From assembly GCA_002708905.1 (NCBI GenBank), contig PAPM01000022.1:7969-39968 (forward strand): a stretch of DNA of 32,000 nt, given 5' to 3'. The position numbers and the translations under genes are program-made. Positions 1-9,450 of the stretch are shown here, in pieces; the stretch's first letter is position 1; every line of letters begins with the position of its first letter. Source of the stretch: Pseudomonadales bacterium. Lineage in GTDB: Bacteria; Pseudomonadota; Gammaproteobacteria; Pseudomonadales; Ketobacteraceae. The notes under the pieces were generated by a model. That model was not told the DNA's origin and made no database searches. It saw only the letters and a list, made by a program, of their open reading frames with translations.

Positions 1-1154
1 TCAGCGTCGATTTTGCCAAAGCCGGTCTGGTGGGTTCCGGCGCTATCGTGGATCTGCCCACATATCAGTTCCAGCGCACAGCGTACTGGAGAAACGAAAA
101 AACCGGACCGGCGTTCCCCCAGCACAATACGGCGATGTTTCCGCCGGTAAATACTCCCAGCTTTGCGGAAGAGGTTGAGGAAAAGGATGCTCAGAAAGAG
201 ATTCGTGATGTTTGGGAGCGCTATATTCAAAAACCGGACTACGATGACGATGACAGCTACTTTGATCTTGGCGGACATTCATTGAATGGTGTGCAGCTGA
301 TCGGAGAGTTGAACAAGCGCTATAACCAGAACATCGAGATTTCTGATTTTTTTGATCACCCGACGTTTAATCACCTGTTGAAAGCGTACGGTATTACAGC
401 GGCTGGAGAAGCAGAAGAGCCGGTACAGACCACCCCGCACTCCGCGTCTGCTTCAGAAGCTGATATCCATCAACTTCAATATCGTGGGTCAAGCCAACCT
501 AATAAAATATGGATGCAGGAAAGCCTGATTTGCAAGTGGCTCCTGTCACGGCTGTACGGCTTTTCCAGGATGACCATCCGTAGAGTTCTGGAGCGGATTA
601 TATTCAAGTTGGAAGGCGGTGAGCTGTTTTCCGTAACCATGCGCAAGCTGTATAAGAAATACTACGACATGGATATAGGTCACTATACCGCTGGCTGTTT
701 TGACAAAGGTAACTTCAAGCCGGGCACCACCATCGGCCGCTATTCTTCCATTACCCCGACAGCCCGTTTTGAGACTGCGGATCACCCTTCTACAACGGTT
801 TCCAGTAGTGGTTTGTTCTACCGAGAATCGTTCGGGTTTTCCGATGGCATGGAAATTCCGCGAACCAAAATCGTAATCGGAAATGACGTGTTTATCGGCC
901 ACAACGCCACCTTGGTATATCCCTGCTCAAAAGTAGGTGATGGCGCTATCATTGGTGCAGGCACCATTGTGAATTTTGACGTACCACCTTATGCCATTGT
1001 GGGCGGGTCGCCTGCGATGATTATTCGTTACCGTTTCCCGAAAGCGAAAATCGAAGCCTTGTTGGAAAGCCGCTGGTGGGAAAACGATCTGGAGCAATTG
1101 TATCCAGCCCGGGGAGAATTTATGAAGCCGGTCTCAGGGTCGAGAGTTCGATAA
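1..1154 (+). CDS. 3' part of a PKS/NRPS-type megasynthase (5' end outside window): post-AT linker motif, carrier (PP-binding) domain, and an in-frame hexapeptide-repeat XAT (CatB/Vat-like) acyltransferase domain
   Basis: Frame 3 is open from the window edge (the GTG at 30 is only the ORF-caller start). LPTYQFQRTAYW resembles the type I PKS post-AT linker motif. FDLGGHSLNGVQLIGEL is a carrier-protein serine motif (GGHSL). The C-terminal IGNDVFIGHNATL..VGDGAIIGAGTIV..PPYAIVGGSPAMIIRYRFPKAKIEALLESRWWEN resembles the left-handed beta-helix and C-terminal tail of xenobiotic acetyltransferases. There is no stop codon between the domains. Confidence 0.7.
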   Translation, partial: SVDFAKAGLVGSGAIVDLPTYQFQRTAYWRNEKTGPAFPQHNTAMFPPVNTPSFAEEVEEKDAQKEIRDVWERYIQKPDYDDDDSYFDLGGHSLNGVQLIGELNKRYNQNIEISDFFDHPTFNHLLKAYGITAAGEAEEPVQTTPHSASASEADIHQLQYRGSSQPNKIWMQESLICKWLLSRLYGFSRMTIRRVLERIIFKLEGGELFSVTMRKLYKKYYDMDIGHYTAGCFDKGNFKPGTTIGRYSSITPTARFETADHPSTTVSSSGLFYRESFGFSDGMEIPRTKIVIGNDVFIGHNATLVYPCSKVGDGAIIGAGTIVNFDVPPYAIVGGSPAMIIRYRFPKAKIEALLESRWWENDLEQLYPARGEFMKPVSGSRVR

Positions 1155-1306
1155 GCGCGGATAACCAGCCAATTCTGGCTTTAATTCTCGGGGCGAGTGT
1201 GAACAAGGTGGGATTCTTGAGGAATCGCCCTGAGTTGCTGTTTTTTCATGAAGGTTTTTTTGGTCAAATAGACGGACACTTCGGTTCCACCCAGTCGAGC
1301 TTCGCT

Positions 1307-2698
1307 ATGAACCCATTAAAATTCTGCATGGCTTTGTGTGCAACACTCTTCACACTTGCTGTCCCACAATTCGCGTACCCTGCCTGCCCTGGAGACAATG
1401 ACTGTGGTTTATCACCCGGGTTGTTCGTTTCCCGAGCCAATCTCGCCGTAGTTAAACAGAGAATTCAGGCCGGAGAGCAGCCCTATGCTGCCTTCTATGA
1501 GAGTTTTCTGCGTCAAGCCAGCGCCACGCTCAGTCGCTCGCCAAACCCATTTAGCATGGCGAACGTTAAAGACATCACTTTTGGCTGGTGTGGCACAGCA
1601 GGAGGAGAGGACGACACGCTGAATGATCTGGTGAAAAAGATCACGGATGATTCTCACACTGCGCGCAATTTGGCGGTCGCCTACCTGCTTTCAGATGATG
1701 TGCGTTTTGCCGACAAAGCCAGGGATTTTATGCTGGCATGGGCTACAGGCAGCACTTTGTTCAATATCTACGATTTTAATGTGGATTTTAATAGAGCAAG
1801 TTTTGACGGCATCGAAGAAGGTTTTTGTAACAACTCCTGGAACATGGCTCTGGATAGCATGTGGCAAGGCTATGGCCTGATTAATTTCAGTGATGTGTAT
1901 GCCATCCTAACGCGAAATGGATATCAACTGTCCGCTGCTGATCGCACCGTATTGCAGAGGTGGCTGAGCCGGGAGTTGTTTCCTGCCATGAATGCCGGCT
2001 GCCATTCCTGGACCCGTTGGGCTGATAATCACACCGGGTCAAGTGCATACACCCGCTACCGCAGTGACAACCACCTCAGCTGGTGTGTGGCTGGTTGGTC
2101 ATCCGTAGCGGCGGCCTTGAATGATGAGGCGATGTGGAATTACACCTTTAAAGGCGGCACGTTTGATGACGGACACAGTGGCCCTTATGCGAATCCTGCC
2201 AACTTCGAAGCGCAGGTAGGTTATGCGGTGTCGGCCAGTGGAGAGATCTACGATCAAGCTGTGCGCGCATCGTCTCACAAGGGTTTGTTCTACGGCAATT
2301 TCAGCTTGTGGTCGTTGTCTTTGGCGGCACAAATAGCGGAAGTCCACAAGGGCATCAACTATTGGACGTTTACCGGTAGTCGGAATGGTTCGTTAATGAC
2401 GGCGTTGGACTATTACGCACGTTATACAGCTGGGGATTTGGCACCCCCTGATGCAGAAGAGACGACAGACCCAGCTTTCTTCAGATTTCTATACGAAATG
2501 GTCGTGGGAAATCAGTGGGTCAATGGTGAGCGGGAAAGTCTGTATCGGCGGGCACGGGACAGCAGCGCCCGAACCCAGGTAGTGAGTCAGGCCATTGGCC
2601 CAGTGTCTCTCTTGACCGGGGATCTTTCAGCAGGGAACAAGCTGAGCCCGCCGAATCCTCCAAGGAACGTGCAGGGACAGTCTTTACCCGGAAACTGA
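1307..2698 (+). CDS. secreted alginate-lyase-family-like polysaccharide lyase (tentative)
   Basis: I chose the ATG at 1307 rather than ORF-track start 1076, which overlaps the upstream gene. It gives a signal-peptide-like N-terminus, MNPLKFCMALCATLFTLAVPQFAYPA. VVKQRIQAGEQPYAAFYESFLRQA and the SDNHLSW motif recall the alginate lyase / heparinase-type all-alpha lyase family (NNHSYW-like motif). Family assignment is from memory only. Confidence 0.5.
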   Translation: MNPLKFCMALCATLFTLAVPQFAYPACPGDNDCGLSPGLFVSRANLAVVKQRIQAGEQPYAAFYESFLRQASATLSRSPNPFSMANVKDITFGWCGTAGGEDDTLNDLVKKITDDSHTARNLAVAYLLSDDVRFADKARDFMLAWATGSTLFNIYDFNVDFNRASFDGIEEGFCNNSWNMALDSMWQGYGLINFSDVYAILTRNGYQLSAADRTVLQRWLSRELFPAMNAGCHSWTRWADNHTGSSAYTRYRSDNHLSWCVAGWSSVAAALNDEAMWNYTFKGGTFDDGHSGPYANPANFEAQVGYAVSASGEIYDQAVRASSHKGLFYGNFSLWSLSLAAQIAEVHKGINYWTFTGSRNGSLMTALDYYARYTAGDLAPPDAEETTDPAFFRFLYEMVVGNQWVNGERESLYRRARDSSARTQVVSQAIGPVSLLTGDLSAGNKLSPPNPPRNVQGQSLPGN

Positions 2699-2699
2699 C

Positions 2700-4337
2700 T
2701 CAGGTTTTATATTGCGACGCCATTTTTCTAAATTGTGCGCCCAGCTCTGATAGTTTCTCACTGATCTCGCGGCTGCTGGCTACAGACTCATGGGTTTCCT
2801 GGGCGAGGACGGCAACACCATTAATATTGGCATTGATATCATCAGCAACGGAACTTTGCTCTTCGGCTGCCGTAGCAATTTGAGTATTCATGCCTTTGAT
2901 GGCCTCCACAGCAGAAGTGACACTGGTAATGGCTTCCCCAGCCTGCTGGGACAGAGTGACACACTTAGCTGTCCGTTCCTGGCTTACCTGCATGGCGTGC
3001 ACCGCATCCTGGGTTCCGTTGTGGACGTTGCTGATGATCTGATGAATTTCTTCGGTGGATTCCTGGGTACGTTGGGCCAGGGTACGCACTTCGTCGGCCA
3101 CCACGGCAAACCCCCGTCCCTGTTCACCGGCGCGGGCGGCTTCAATGGCCGCGTTTAAGGCCAGCAAGTTGGTTTGTTCTGCGATGCCTTTAATTACGTC
3201 CAGTACGCTACCGATGCGGGAGGTGTCGGCTGCCAGTTTATTCATAACCGTTGCGACATTTTGCACATCATCCGCCAGCTGATTAATGGCAGTGATGGTA
3301 TCGTTCATGACTCGAATACCATTCTGCGCACCTTGGTCGGCCTGCTGTGCAGCTTCTGCCGCGCCGGAAGCGTTGCCGGCAACTTCCTGGGATGCCGCTG
3401 TCATTTCATTCGTTGCGGTGGCCAGCAATTCGGTGCGGGTCTGGACGTCGTCGCTCTGGCGCAGCATGTTGCTCATCATCTGTTGTAGATGTTGCGCATT
3501 GTCGTCCAGGGTGGAAGCACTGGTTTTCATGCTTTCCACCATTTTTCGCAGGCCTTGTTGCATGGTATTGACATCACCGGCCAATTGTCCCAGCTCGCCT
3601 TTGGCACTGGTAGTGATGGGGTGAGTGTAATCCCCTCTGGTCATCTGTTTAATGCCCAGCATAAGAGATTGCAGGGGTGAAATGATCAGGCTGTTCATGG
3701 CGAATATGACAGTGCCGGCGATAACAATGACGGCGACGAGTGCAGTGGGAATAATGATAGCAATAAGTGAATTCACTTCATCGGCATTCGATTCCGCCTT
3801 CGATTGGGCCATTTCAGAGAGTTTCGCCACGGCATCAGCGAGCAATTGAGCGGGTTCCCGGTCAATGCCTTTTACCGCAGCGTCACCGGCTTTATGATCC
3901 AGTCCCGCCGCAATGAATTTCTGATAACCATCCCGATAGGCGCCGGCCATGGATTTGTGGGCTGAGAGGAAGTTGCTTACCTCTTCCTTGCCTTCCCCTG
4001 GCGCGAGGTGCTGCAATAACCCTTTGCCAAGCTCCTGTATTTCAGTTTCCCGGTCCTGGAAGGCGGTCCAGTATTTCTCCCGCCGCGCCGCGTCATGGCC
4101 ACGGAGCAGTACGTTCTTCCATTCCTGTACCTGCACTTTAAACAGATAATTCATCTTCTGGATGGCCGAGACATGGGCAAGGTCCTCCGTCACCAGCACT
4201 TCAAAATGACTGACAATGCGGGCTTGGTACCAGATAGCACTGCAGCAGATCAGGGTAACCAGAACAAAGCCCAGACCAACACCTTTGGACAAAAGGGAAA
4301 GCGTATTGGTGTTCGTATTAGCGTCCATACTGAACAT
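2700..4337 (-). CDS. methyl-accepting chemotaxis protein (two TM segments, helical periplasmic sensor, HAMP, MCP signalling domain)
   Basis: Contains the highly conserved MCP hairpin core [38 protein letters not shown]. There are TM segments near residues 20-40 and 190-212, and a HAMP-like segment follows TM2. Confidence 0.93.
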   Translation of the reverse strand: MFSMDANTNTNTLSLLSKGVGLGFVLVTLICCSAIWYQARIVSHFEVLVTEDLAHVSAIQKMNYLFKVQVQEWKNVLLRGHDAARREKYWTAFQDRETEIQELGKGLLQHLAPGEGKEEVSNFLSAHKSMAGAYRDGYQKFIAAGLDHKAGDAAVKGIDREPAQLLADAVAKLSEMAQSKAESNADEVNSLIAIIIPTALVAVIVIAGTVIFAMNSLIISPLQSLMLGIKQMTRGDYTHPITTSAKGELGQLAGDVNTMQQGLRKMVESMKTSASTLDDNAQHLQQMMSNMLRQSDDVQTRTELLATATNEMTAASQEVAGNASGAAEAAQQADQGAQNGIRVMNDTITAINQLADDVQNVATVMNKLAADTSRIGSVLDVIKGIAEQTNLLALNAAIEAARAGEQGRGFAVVADEVRTLAQRTQESTEEIHQIISNVHNGTQDAVHAMQVSQERTAKCVTLSQQAGEAITSVTSAVEAIKGMNTQIATAAEEQSSVADDINANINGVAVLAQETHESVASSREISEKLSELGAQFRKMASQYKT

Positions 4338-4424
4338 CCTTGGGTCGAGAAAACGAGAGGAAGGATAGGTTAAGTATAGATACTTTCAATTGTTTTCCAG
4401 TATCCAGTTAGAGCGAGGTAGAAG

Positions 4425-4456
4425 CGGACCACCCCTAACAGGGCTAGGGTGGTCCG
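4425..4456 (-). terminator. stem-loop immediately downstream of the hydrolase gene (possible terminator)
   Basis: Perfect 10-bp inverted repeat CGGACCACCC (4425-4434) / GGGTGGTCCG (4447-4456) with a 12-nt loop, 8 nt after the stop of the minus-strand CDS ending at 4464. No clear U-tract follows on the minus strand, so its intrinsic-terminator status is uncertain. Confidence 0.45.
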
Positions 4457-4463
4457 GCGGGCG

Positions 4464-6533
4464 TTAGTTCAACTCACTGAGTGGCACAATAGGCAGTACA
4501 ACGCTGGAAGGGTATTGCGGACTGTTGTGAATGGTGGTGATGCCATCCTGCGCCAGTTCACGCCTTGGTTCGTTCAACATTCCCTGCGCCTGATTGCTGG
4601 GGGAAATGGAAACCCTCAACTTGTTGCCTTTGCGGATCAGGGCCGAGGTGGGGAAGATCTCAACCTGCATCAGGGTGGGTTCGCCCGGGATCAGGAAGGT
4701 TTCCGCCGCTTGCGTGAAATAATGGTAGGGCTGGATCATTTCACCGTTGAGATAGCGGGACCGTAGCGGGTCCACCGTGCGTGCGGACGCCAGCAGCATG
4801 CCGTCGGTGATGGGTATGACCCGTCCGCTTTGGGTCACCTCGTCGATGCGTACCGCCAGCACCGCTTCGGTTTTGGTACTCTCCATCCAGATGTCCGCCT
4901 GGATGGGGCCGTTGATATAGTAATCCTCCGCCATTGGCTCGGATTCGTAGTTGAGGGCGGAACGCTCCAGCTTATCGCGATCCCAGAAGCAGACTTTAGG
5001 TGTGGCAATGCCCGCGCTTCCCAGGGTCCACTGGACAAAGCTGGGGGAGCATTCAGTGCCGTCGTTCAGGAACACGTTCAGTATCAGCAGGCCACCCTGT
5101 TCGTTCTTGCGGTATTCGTAATCGGCAAACGGGGGTGTTGCCATCTCATGGCTGGGTTCAGGCATTTCCGGCATTTGTCTGCTCAGACCCATATCACCGC
5201 GCAGATACCAGCGCTCCGGCATGGCAGCAGGGTGGGGCCAGTCGGTGGTGGTGGCAAATCCCTGCCACATACCGAACTGATAATTCCTGACGTATTGGGT
5301 GACCGGAGGAATGGAGTCCACCTGGGCATCCATGCCCATCAGGTATTGGTCAAACCATTGCAGCATCAGATGGAGGATCGGGTCCACTTTGTCCGTGCCG
5401 GGGAAGGCCTGTAGAAAATGACTGACGTGATCGCCGTTGTAGATCACCAGGCGACTGTCCACCCGATCTTTCAACGTCTCATACAGCAAAGGCGCATCCC
5501 GCTGGAAGATGTCATTGAGGGCGCCCATAAAGAATGTGGGTGCCTGGATCTGATCCATCTTCTCAATGGGAGAACGGGTGCGCCAGAACTCACCATCGTA
5601 GGTTACTTCCGGATCGCCGTTGATGGTGGCATCGATAATCGGCAGGTAATAGTTGTCGATCTGGGCGATATGATCAGCGGTGGACTTGGAGATCTGATCC
5701 ATTAACTTGGGAAACTGAATCATGGCCGGGATGTTCTGGGTGGAGGTCAAATGAGTCAGGGTCATCCACTTGCTCATGAACGTGGCGTTCAGCATGCCCC
5801 CAATGCCTACCGTGCCCCGTTGCGCATCACCCATGGGGACACTGGCGAACACTGCTTTGATGTCGTCCGGCCGTTGCTGGGCAGTGAACAAACCGGTAAT
5901 GGCCATGTAAGAAGCGCCGGCGACCCCTATGTCACCGTTGGACCAGGGCTGCTGTTTGATCCAATCCACCGCGTCACCGTAGCCGGACTGTTCCTCTGCT
6001 CCCAGCATTTCCCAGCCGCCCTCCGAGACGCCGCCACCGATGACATCCACTGAAACCTGGGCATAGCCTCTACGCACCATGTAGGGATCGGGCGCACCCA
6101 GCAACACGCCGCCGGGCATGGGCATAAAGGAGATCATGCTGATGTTGTAAGCGCTTTGTACCAGTATGGTGGGGAAGGGGCCTTCTGCCGGCGTGCCGTC
6201 TTCATTGGCCGGTAACGTTACCCGCACACCGATCAGATTGCCGCTGGTGGTGGGAACGTATTCCAGATACTTCACCTTAATCTTCGGATAGATGGCGTCC
6301 CGGTGATAGGCGCCCAGTTCGATGGTGGCGGGAAGAGGTTCTGGTTCCGGAGATTCAATGCCAGGGTCATTCGGCACGTCTTCCGGAGAATCCAACGAAC
6401 GCTCGTTGACCCCGGGAGCTGGGGTGTCATTGGAAGATCCGCCACCGCCACAGGCCACCAGTAAGATGGAAAACAGCAGAACGGTTAGAAAACGAGCATG
6501 CACAGGAGTGCAGCCCAGATTTGGGTTATACAT
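4464..6533 (-). CDS. CocE/NonD-family (X-Pro dipeptidyl-peptidase S15-like) alpha/beta hydrolase, lipoprotein
   Basis: Lipobox in the N-terminus (LLVAC|GGGGSS). GVAGASYMAITG matches the GxSYxG nucleophile elbow typical of CocE/NonD hydrolases. The ~690 aa length leaves room for the C-terminal beta-sandwich region typical of the family. Confidence 0.75.
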   Translation of the reverse strand: MYNPNLGCTPVHARFLTVLLFSILLVACGGGGSSNDTPAPGVNERSLDSPEDVPNDPGIESPEPEPLPATIELGAYHRDAIYPKIKVKYLEYVPTTSGNLIGVRVTLPANEDGTPAEGPFPTILVQSAYNISMISFMPMPGGVLLGAPDPYMVRRGYAQVSVDVIGGGVSEGGWEMLGAEEQSGYGDAVDWIKQQPWSNGDIGVAGASYMAITGLFTAQQRPDDIKAVFASVPMGDAQRGTVGIGGMLNATFMSKWMTLTHLTSTQNIPAMIQFPKLMDQISKSTADHIAQIDNYYLPIIDATINGDPEVTYDGEFWRTRSPIEKMDQIQAPTFFMGALNDIFQRDAPLLYETLKDRVDSRLVIYNGDHVSHFLQAFPGTDKVDPILHLMLQWFDQYLMGMDAQVDSIPPVTQYVRNYQFGMWQGFATTTDWPHPAAMPERWYLRGDMGLSRQMPEMPEPSHEMATPPFADYEYRKNEQGGLLILNVFLNDGTECSPSFVQWTLGSAGIATPKVCFWDRDKLERSALNYESEPMAEDYYINGPIQADIWMESTKTEAVLAVRIDEVTQSGRVIPITDGMLLASARTVDPLRSRYLNGEMIQPYHYFTQAAETFLIPGEPTLMQVEIFPTSALIRKGNKLRVSISPSNQAQGMLNEPRRELAQDGITTIHNSPQYPSSVVLPIVPLSELN

Positions 6534-6730
6534 GCAGGTAGCTCCCTGTAGTTGTCATTTTTGTTATTTGTCTCAAGTAATTCCTGCACTTGAGTACTAC
6601 ATTGGGTAAACAGTGAGTATGCCACGGCCATTTGGTCGAAGGCAAGGCCAATTGCGACAAAATATTAGCGGGTTGTGAAAACAATGGATGTCAGTTTGGC
6701 GCCGCTTAGCGTGCAAAACCGTAAAGCTTT

Positions 6731-6758
6731 TTTCTTTTTCCTGAGCCTGGCGTATAAT
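6731..6758 (+). promoter_or_regulatory. candidate sigma70 promoter of mnmG
   Basis: Perfect -10 TATAAT at 6753-6758, preceded by a T-rich stretch with only a weak -35 (TTTTCT). It lies 81 bp upstream of the mnmG GTG start. Confidence 0.4.
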
Positions 6759-6838
6759 GCCCGACCTTTTCTCCAGGCCAGGCTCGGGGGAAAGGCCTAG
6801 AGTTTATAGGCCTTTTAGCGCATTTTGAGGGCAATATT

Positions 6839-8725
6839 GTGGATTATCCAAAGCATTACGGAGTCATCATCATTGGTGGCGGTCACGCCGGTACCGAGGC
6901 GGCATTGGCCAGTGCCCGCATGGGCGTGCAGACCCTGTTGCTGACCCACAATATTGAGACCCTGGGGCAGATGTCCTGTAATCCGGCCATCGGTGGGATC
7001 GGTAAAAGCCACCTGGTGAAAGAAATTGATGCCTTGGATGGCGCCATGGCCCGGGCCACCGACCGTGGTGGCATCCAGTTCCGCATTCTGAATTCCCGCA
7101 AAGGCCCGGCGGTGCGGGCGACCCGCGCCCAGGCTGACCGCGTCCTTTATAAGGCAGCAATCCGCGAAATCCTGGAAAACCAGCCCAACCTGGATATCTT
7201 CCAGCAAGCGGCGGACGACCTGATCATCGAGGGCGAAACCGTAAAAGGTGTGGTAACCAATATGGGGGTGCGGTTCTTCTCCCAGGCGGTGGTGTTAACG
7301 GCTGGCACCTTCCTGGGTGGCAAAATCCACATCGGACTGGAAAACCACTCCGGTGGTCGCGCCGGCGATCCGCCGTCCATTGCCCTGGCCCAGCGCCTGC
7401 GGGAACTGCCCTTTAATGTGGACCGCCTGAAAACCGGTACGCCCCCCCGTATCGACGCCAAGTCCGTGGACTTTTCTGTGATGACCGAACAGCCTGGTGA
7501 TACCCCATTGCCGGTAATGTCATTTATAGGATCGCTGGCAGAACATCCGCGGCAAATTAGCTGTTACATTACGCACACCAATGAGCGTACCCATGACATT
7601 ATCCGCGGTGGCCTGGATCGTTCCCCCATGTACACCGGGGTGATTGAAGGCATTGGTCCTCGTTATTGTCCTTCCATTGAAGACAAGATTCATCGCTTTG
7701 CGGACAAGGATTCCCACCAGATATTTATTGAGCCGGAAGGGTTGACCACTCACGAACTGTACCCCAATGGCATATCCACCAGCCTGCCCTTTGACGTGCA
7801 GCTTGAACTGGTGCATTCCATCCGTGGTATGGAGAACGCCCATATCCTGCGGCCGGGTTATGCCATCGAGTACGATTTTTTCAATCCGCAGGATCTGAAG
7901 TACTCCCTGGAAACCAAATTCATCAACGGTCTGTTCTTCGCCGGTCAGATCAACGGCACCACTGGTTATGAAGAAGCCGGTGCCCAAGGCTTGCTGGCAG
8001 GTTTGAACGCCGCCCGCCGTGCCCAGGATAAAGAAGCCTGGACCCCGCGCCGGGATGAAGCCTACATCGGTGTATTGGTGGATGATCTGATCAGCATGGG
8101 TACCCGCGAACCCTATCGTATGTTCACCAGCCGCGCGGAACACCGCTTGCTGCTGCGGGAGGACAACGCCGATCTGCGTCTCACCGAAAAAGGCCGTGAA
8201 CTTGGGCTGGTGGGTGACGAACGCTGGCGCCGGTTCTGCGAGAAAAAAGAAGCCATAGCGCAGGAAGAGCAACGCCTGCGCAGCACCTGGGTGTTGCCGG
8301 ACAGTGTGATGGCCAAGCAACTCAATCCCAAACTGGGGAATGCCATCAGCCGTGAATACAATCTGAAAGATCTGCTGCGCCGCCCGGAATTGAATTACAG
8401 GGACATCGCTGCATTGACGCCAGACTTGAGCGTGGCGGACGACGTTGCAGAACAAATTGAAATCGATGCCAAGTATGAAGGCTATATCGCACGCCAGCAG
8501 GATGAGGTGGAACGCCTGCGTCGCAGCGAGGACACCAAGCTACCCGGGGATTTCGATTACGATGCCATCTCCGGTCTGTCCAATGAAATTAAAACCAAGC
8601 TCAATCAGGCCCGACCCCAAACCCTGGGCCAGGCGGGTCGCATTCCCGGTGTCACACCGGCAGCCATCTCCCTGTTGCTGATACACCTGAAAAAACGCGA
8701 CGCCCAGAGCAAGAAAAGCGCTTAA
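6839..8725 (+). CDS. mnmG: tRNA uridine 5-carboxymethylaminomethyl modification enzyme MnmG (GidA)
   Basis: The N-terminus [59 protein letters not shown] is near-identical in pattern to E. coli MnmG. Length is 628 aa, the start is GTG, and the gene shows synteny with rsmG/parAB/atp. Confidence 0.98.
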   Translation: MDYPKHYGVIIIGGGHAGTEAALASARMGVQTLLLTHNIETLGQMSCNPAIGGIGKSHLVKEIDALDGAMARATDRGGIQFRILNSRKGPAVRATRAQADRVLYKAAIREILENQPNLDIFQQAADDLIIEGETVKGVVTNMGVRFFSQAVVLTAGTFLGGKIHIGLENHSGGRAGDPPSIALAQRLRELPFNVDRLKTGTPPRIDAKSVDFSVMTEQPGDTPLPVMSFIGSLAEHPRQISCYITHTNERTHDIIRGGLDRSPMYTGVIEGIGPRYCPSIEDKIHRFADKDSHQIFIEPEGLTTHELYPNGISTSLPFDVQLELVHSIRGMENAHILRPGYAIEYDFFNPQDLKYSLETKFINGLFFAGQINGTTGYEEAGAQGLLAGLNAARRAQDKEAWTPRRDEAYIGVLVDDLISMGTREPYRMFTSRAEHRLLLREDNADLRLTEKGRELGLVGDERWRRFCEKKEAIAQEEQRLRSTWVLPDSVMAKQLNPKLGNAISREYNLKDLLRRPELNYRDIAALTPDLSVADDVAEQIEIDAKYEGYIARQQDEVERLRRSEDTKLPGDFDYDAISGLSNEIKTKLNQARPQTLGQAGRIPGVTPAAISLLLIHLKKRDAQSKKSA

Positions 8726-8736
8726 ACAATAGTTGT

Positions 8737-9054
8737 TTGCACTATATTTACTCATACAAATGGCTGTACAGAGTGAATGATATTCTTTTAATGTGTGTTC
8801 TCGTTGTCTTTTTGTTCTCAACGATAGGGTTTAATAGGAGGACTAGGCTAAATCGGAAGGGACTATGTGCTTCATGTGGTGCCCAATTGGCTGAAGGCAA
8901 AAAAGAGGAAATAACGTATCCTAACGGCACCTTTTATTTTTGCTCTGTGTGTGGGTCTTCGATCAAATCCAAGGATAGAATATTTTATGGAGTTTCTGTT
9001 CTAATCATACTGTCTTTAACCAGCTTTATTATATGGAATACATGGCTTTATTAG
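8737..9054 (+). CDS. hypothetical small membrane protein with a CxxC...CxxC zinc-ribbon between two TM helices
   Basis: ORF in AT-rich DNA directly after mnmG. The ORF-track start is TTG at 8737, and an internal ATG at 8791 (MCVLVVFLFS...) is an equally plausible start. Motifs are CASCG...CSVCG, flanked by hydrophobic segments. I recognise no family. Confidence 0.4.
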   Translation: MHYIYSYKWLYRVNDILLMCVLVVFLFSTIGFNRRTRLNRKGLCASCGAQLAEGKKEEITYPNGTFYFCSVCGSSIKSKDRIFYGVSVLIILSLTSFIIWNTWLY

Positions 9055-9066
9055 GTTGTGTGTTAA

Positions 9067-9271
9067 TAAAGCTTTTTTCTGTTTCTGGCGTCTGACATAT
9101 TACTGTTTGCCTTTTCTCCCGCCCACCGGTGGGCGAAAACCCCAGTTCTATGTGCTTTCAGCGCAACAAGCAACCCAAGAGGGCTGTTTCGTGGACTATC
9201 CTAAGCGCTACGGACTCACCATCATAGGCGGAGGTCACGCTGGTATGGCCGTATGCTTCGTTGGCTTTTAG
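9067..9271 (+). pseudogene. diverged partial copy of the mnmG promoter/leader plus first ~19 codons (mnmG 5' fragment)
   Basis: 9067-9245 aligns with 6722-6893. It starts at TAAAGCTTTTTTCT, and the coding part from GTG 9191 encodes [18 protein letters not shown], versus [18 protein letters not shown] in the intact gene. By my hand count the coding part is 45/55 nt identical. Homology stops after GGGHAG and the frame ends at 9271. Confidence 0.8.
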
Positions 9272-9450
9272 ATTTAATGCATTTAATCCATTGATTACTC
9301 TACTCACTTATAATTAACAATGTGTGAAAGCCCCAGAAATTTAAGGTGCAAATCTTCTCGTTTCTTCTCTGCCGTGCACTTATTACCGGGCGTGCTCCTT
9401 ATGTATTCGGCATATTTTGCCTATAGGCTGTCACTGGAGCGGATGGTGCG

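Noticed and set aside
1076-1306. N-terminal extensions proposed by the ORF track (1076 for the lyase-like gene, 20076 for glmU, 10286 for rsmG).
   Set aside because: The extensions overlap the upstream gene or span a terminator or promoter. They lack similarity to the known N-termini, and downstream starts give a signal peptide (1307) or align with canonical GlmU/RsmG N-termini (20136, 10355).
6534-6838. Possible oriC upstream of mnmG (gidA-linked origins occur in many gammaproteobacteria).
   Set aside because: I see only one or two degenerate DnaA-box-like 9-mers (TGTGGATTA / TTATCCAAA at the mnmG start). There is no cluster of TTATCCACA boxes and no AT-rich 13-mer array, and the interval is only ~300 bp. 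In genomes with this mnmG-rsmG-parAB-atp synteny, oriC is often near dnaA/rpmH instead.
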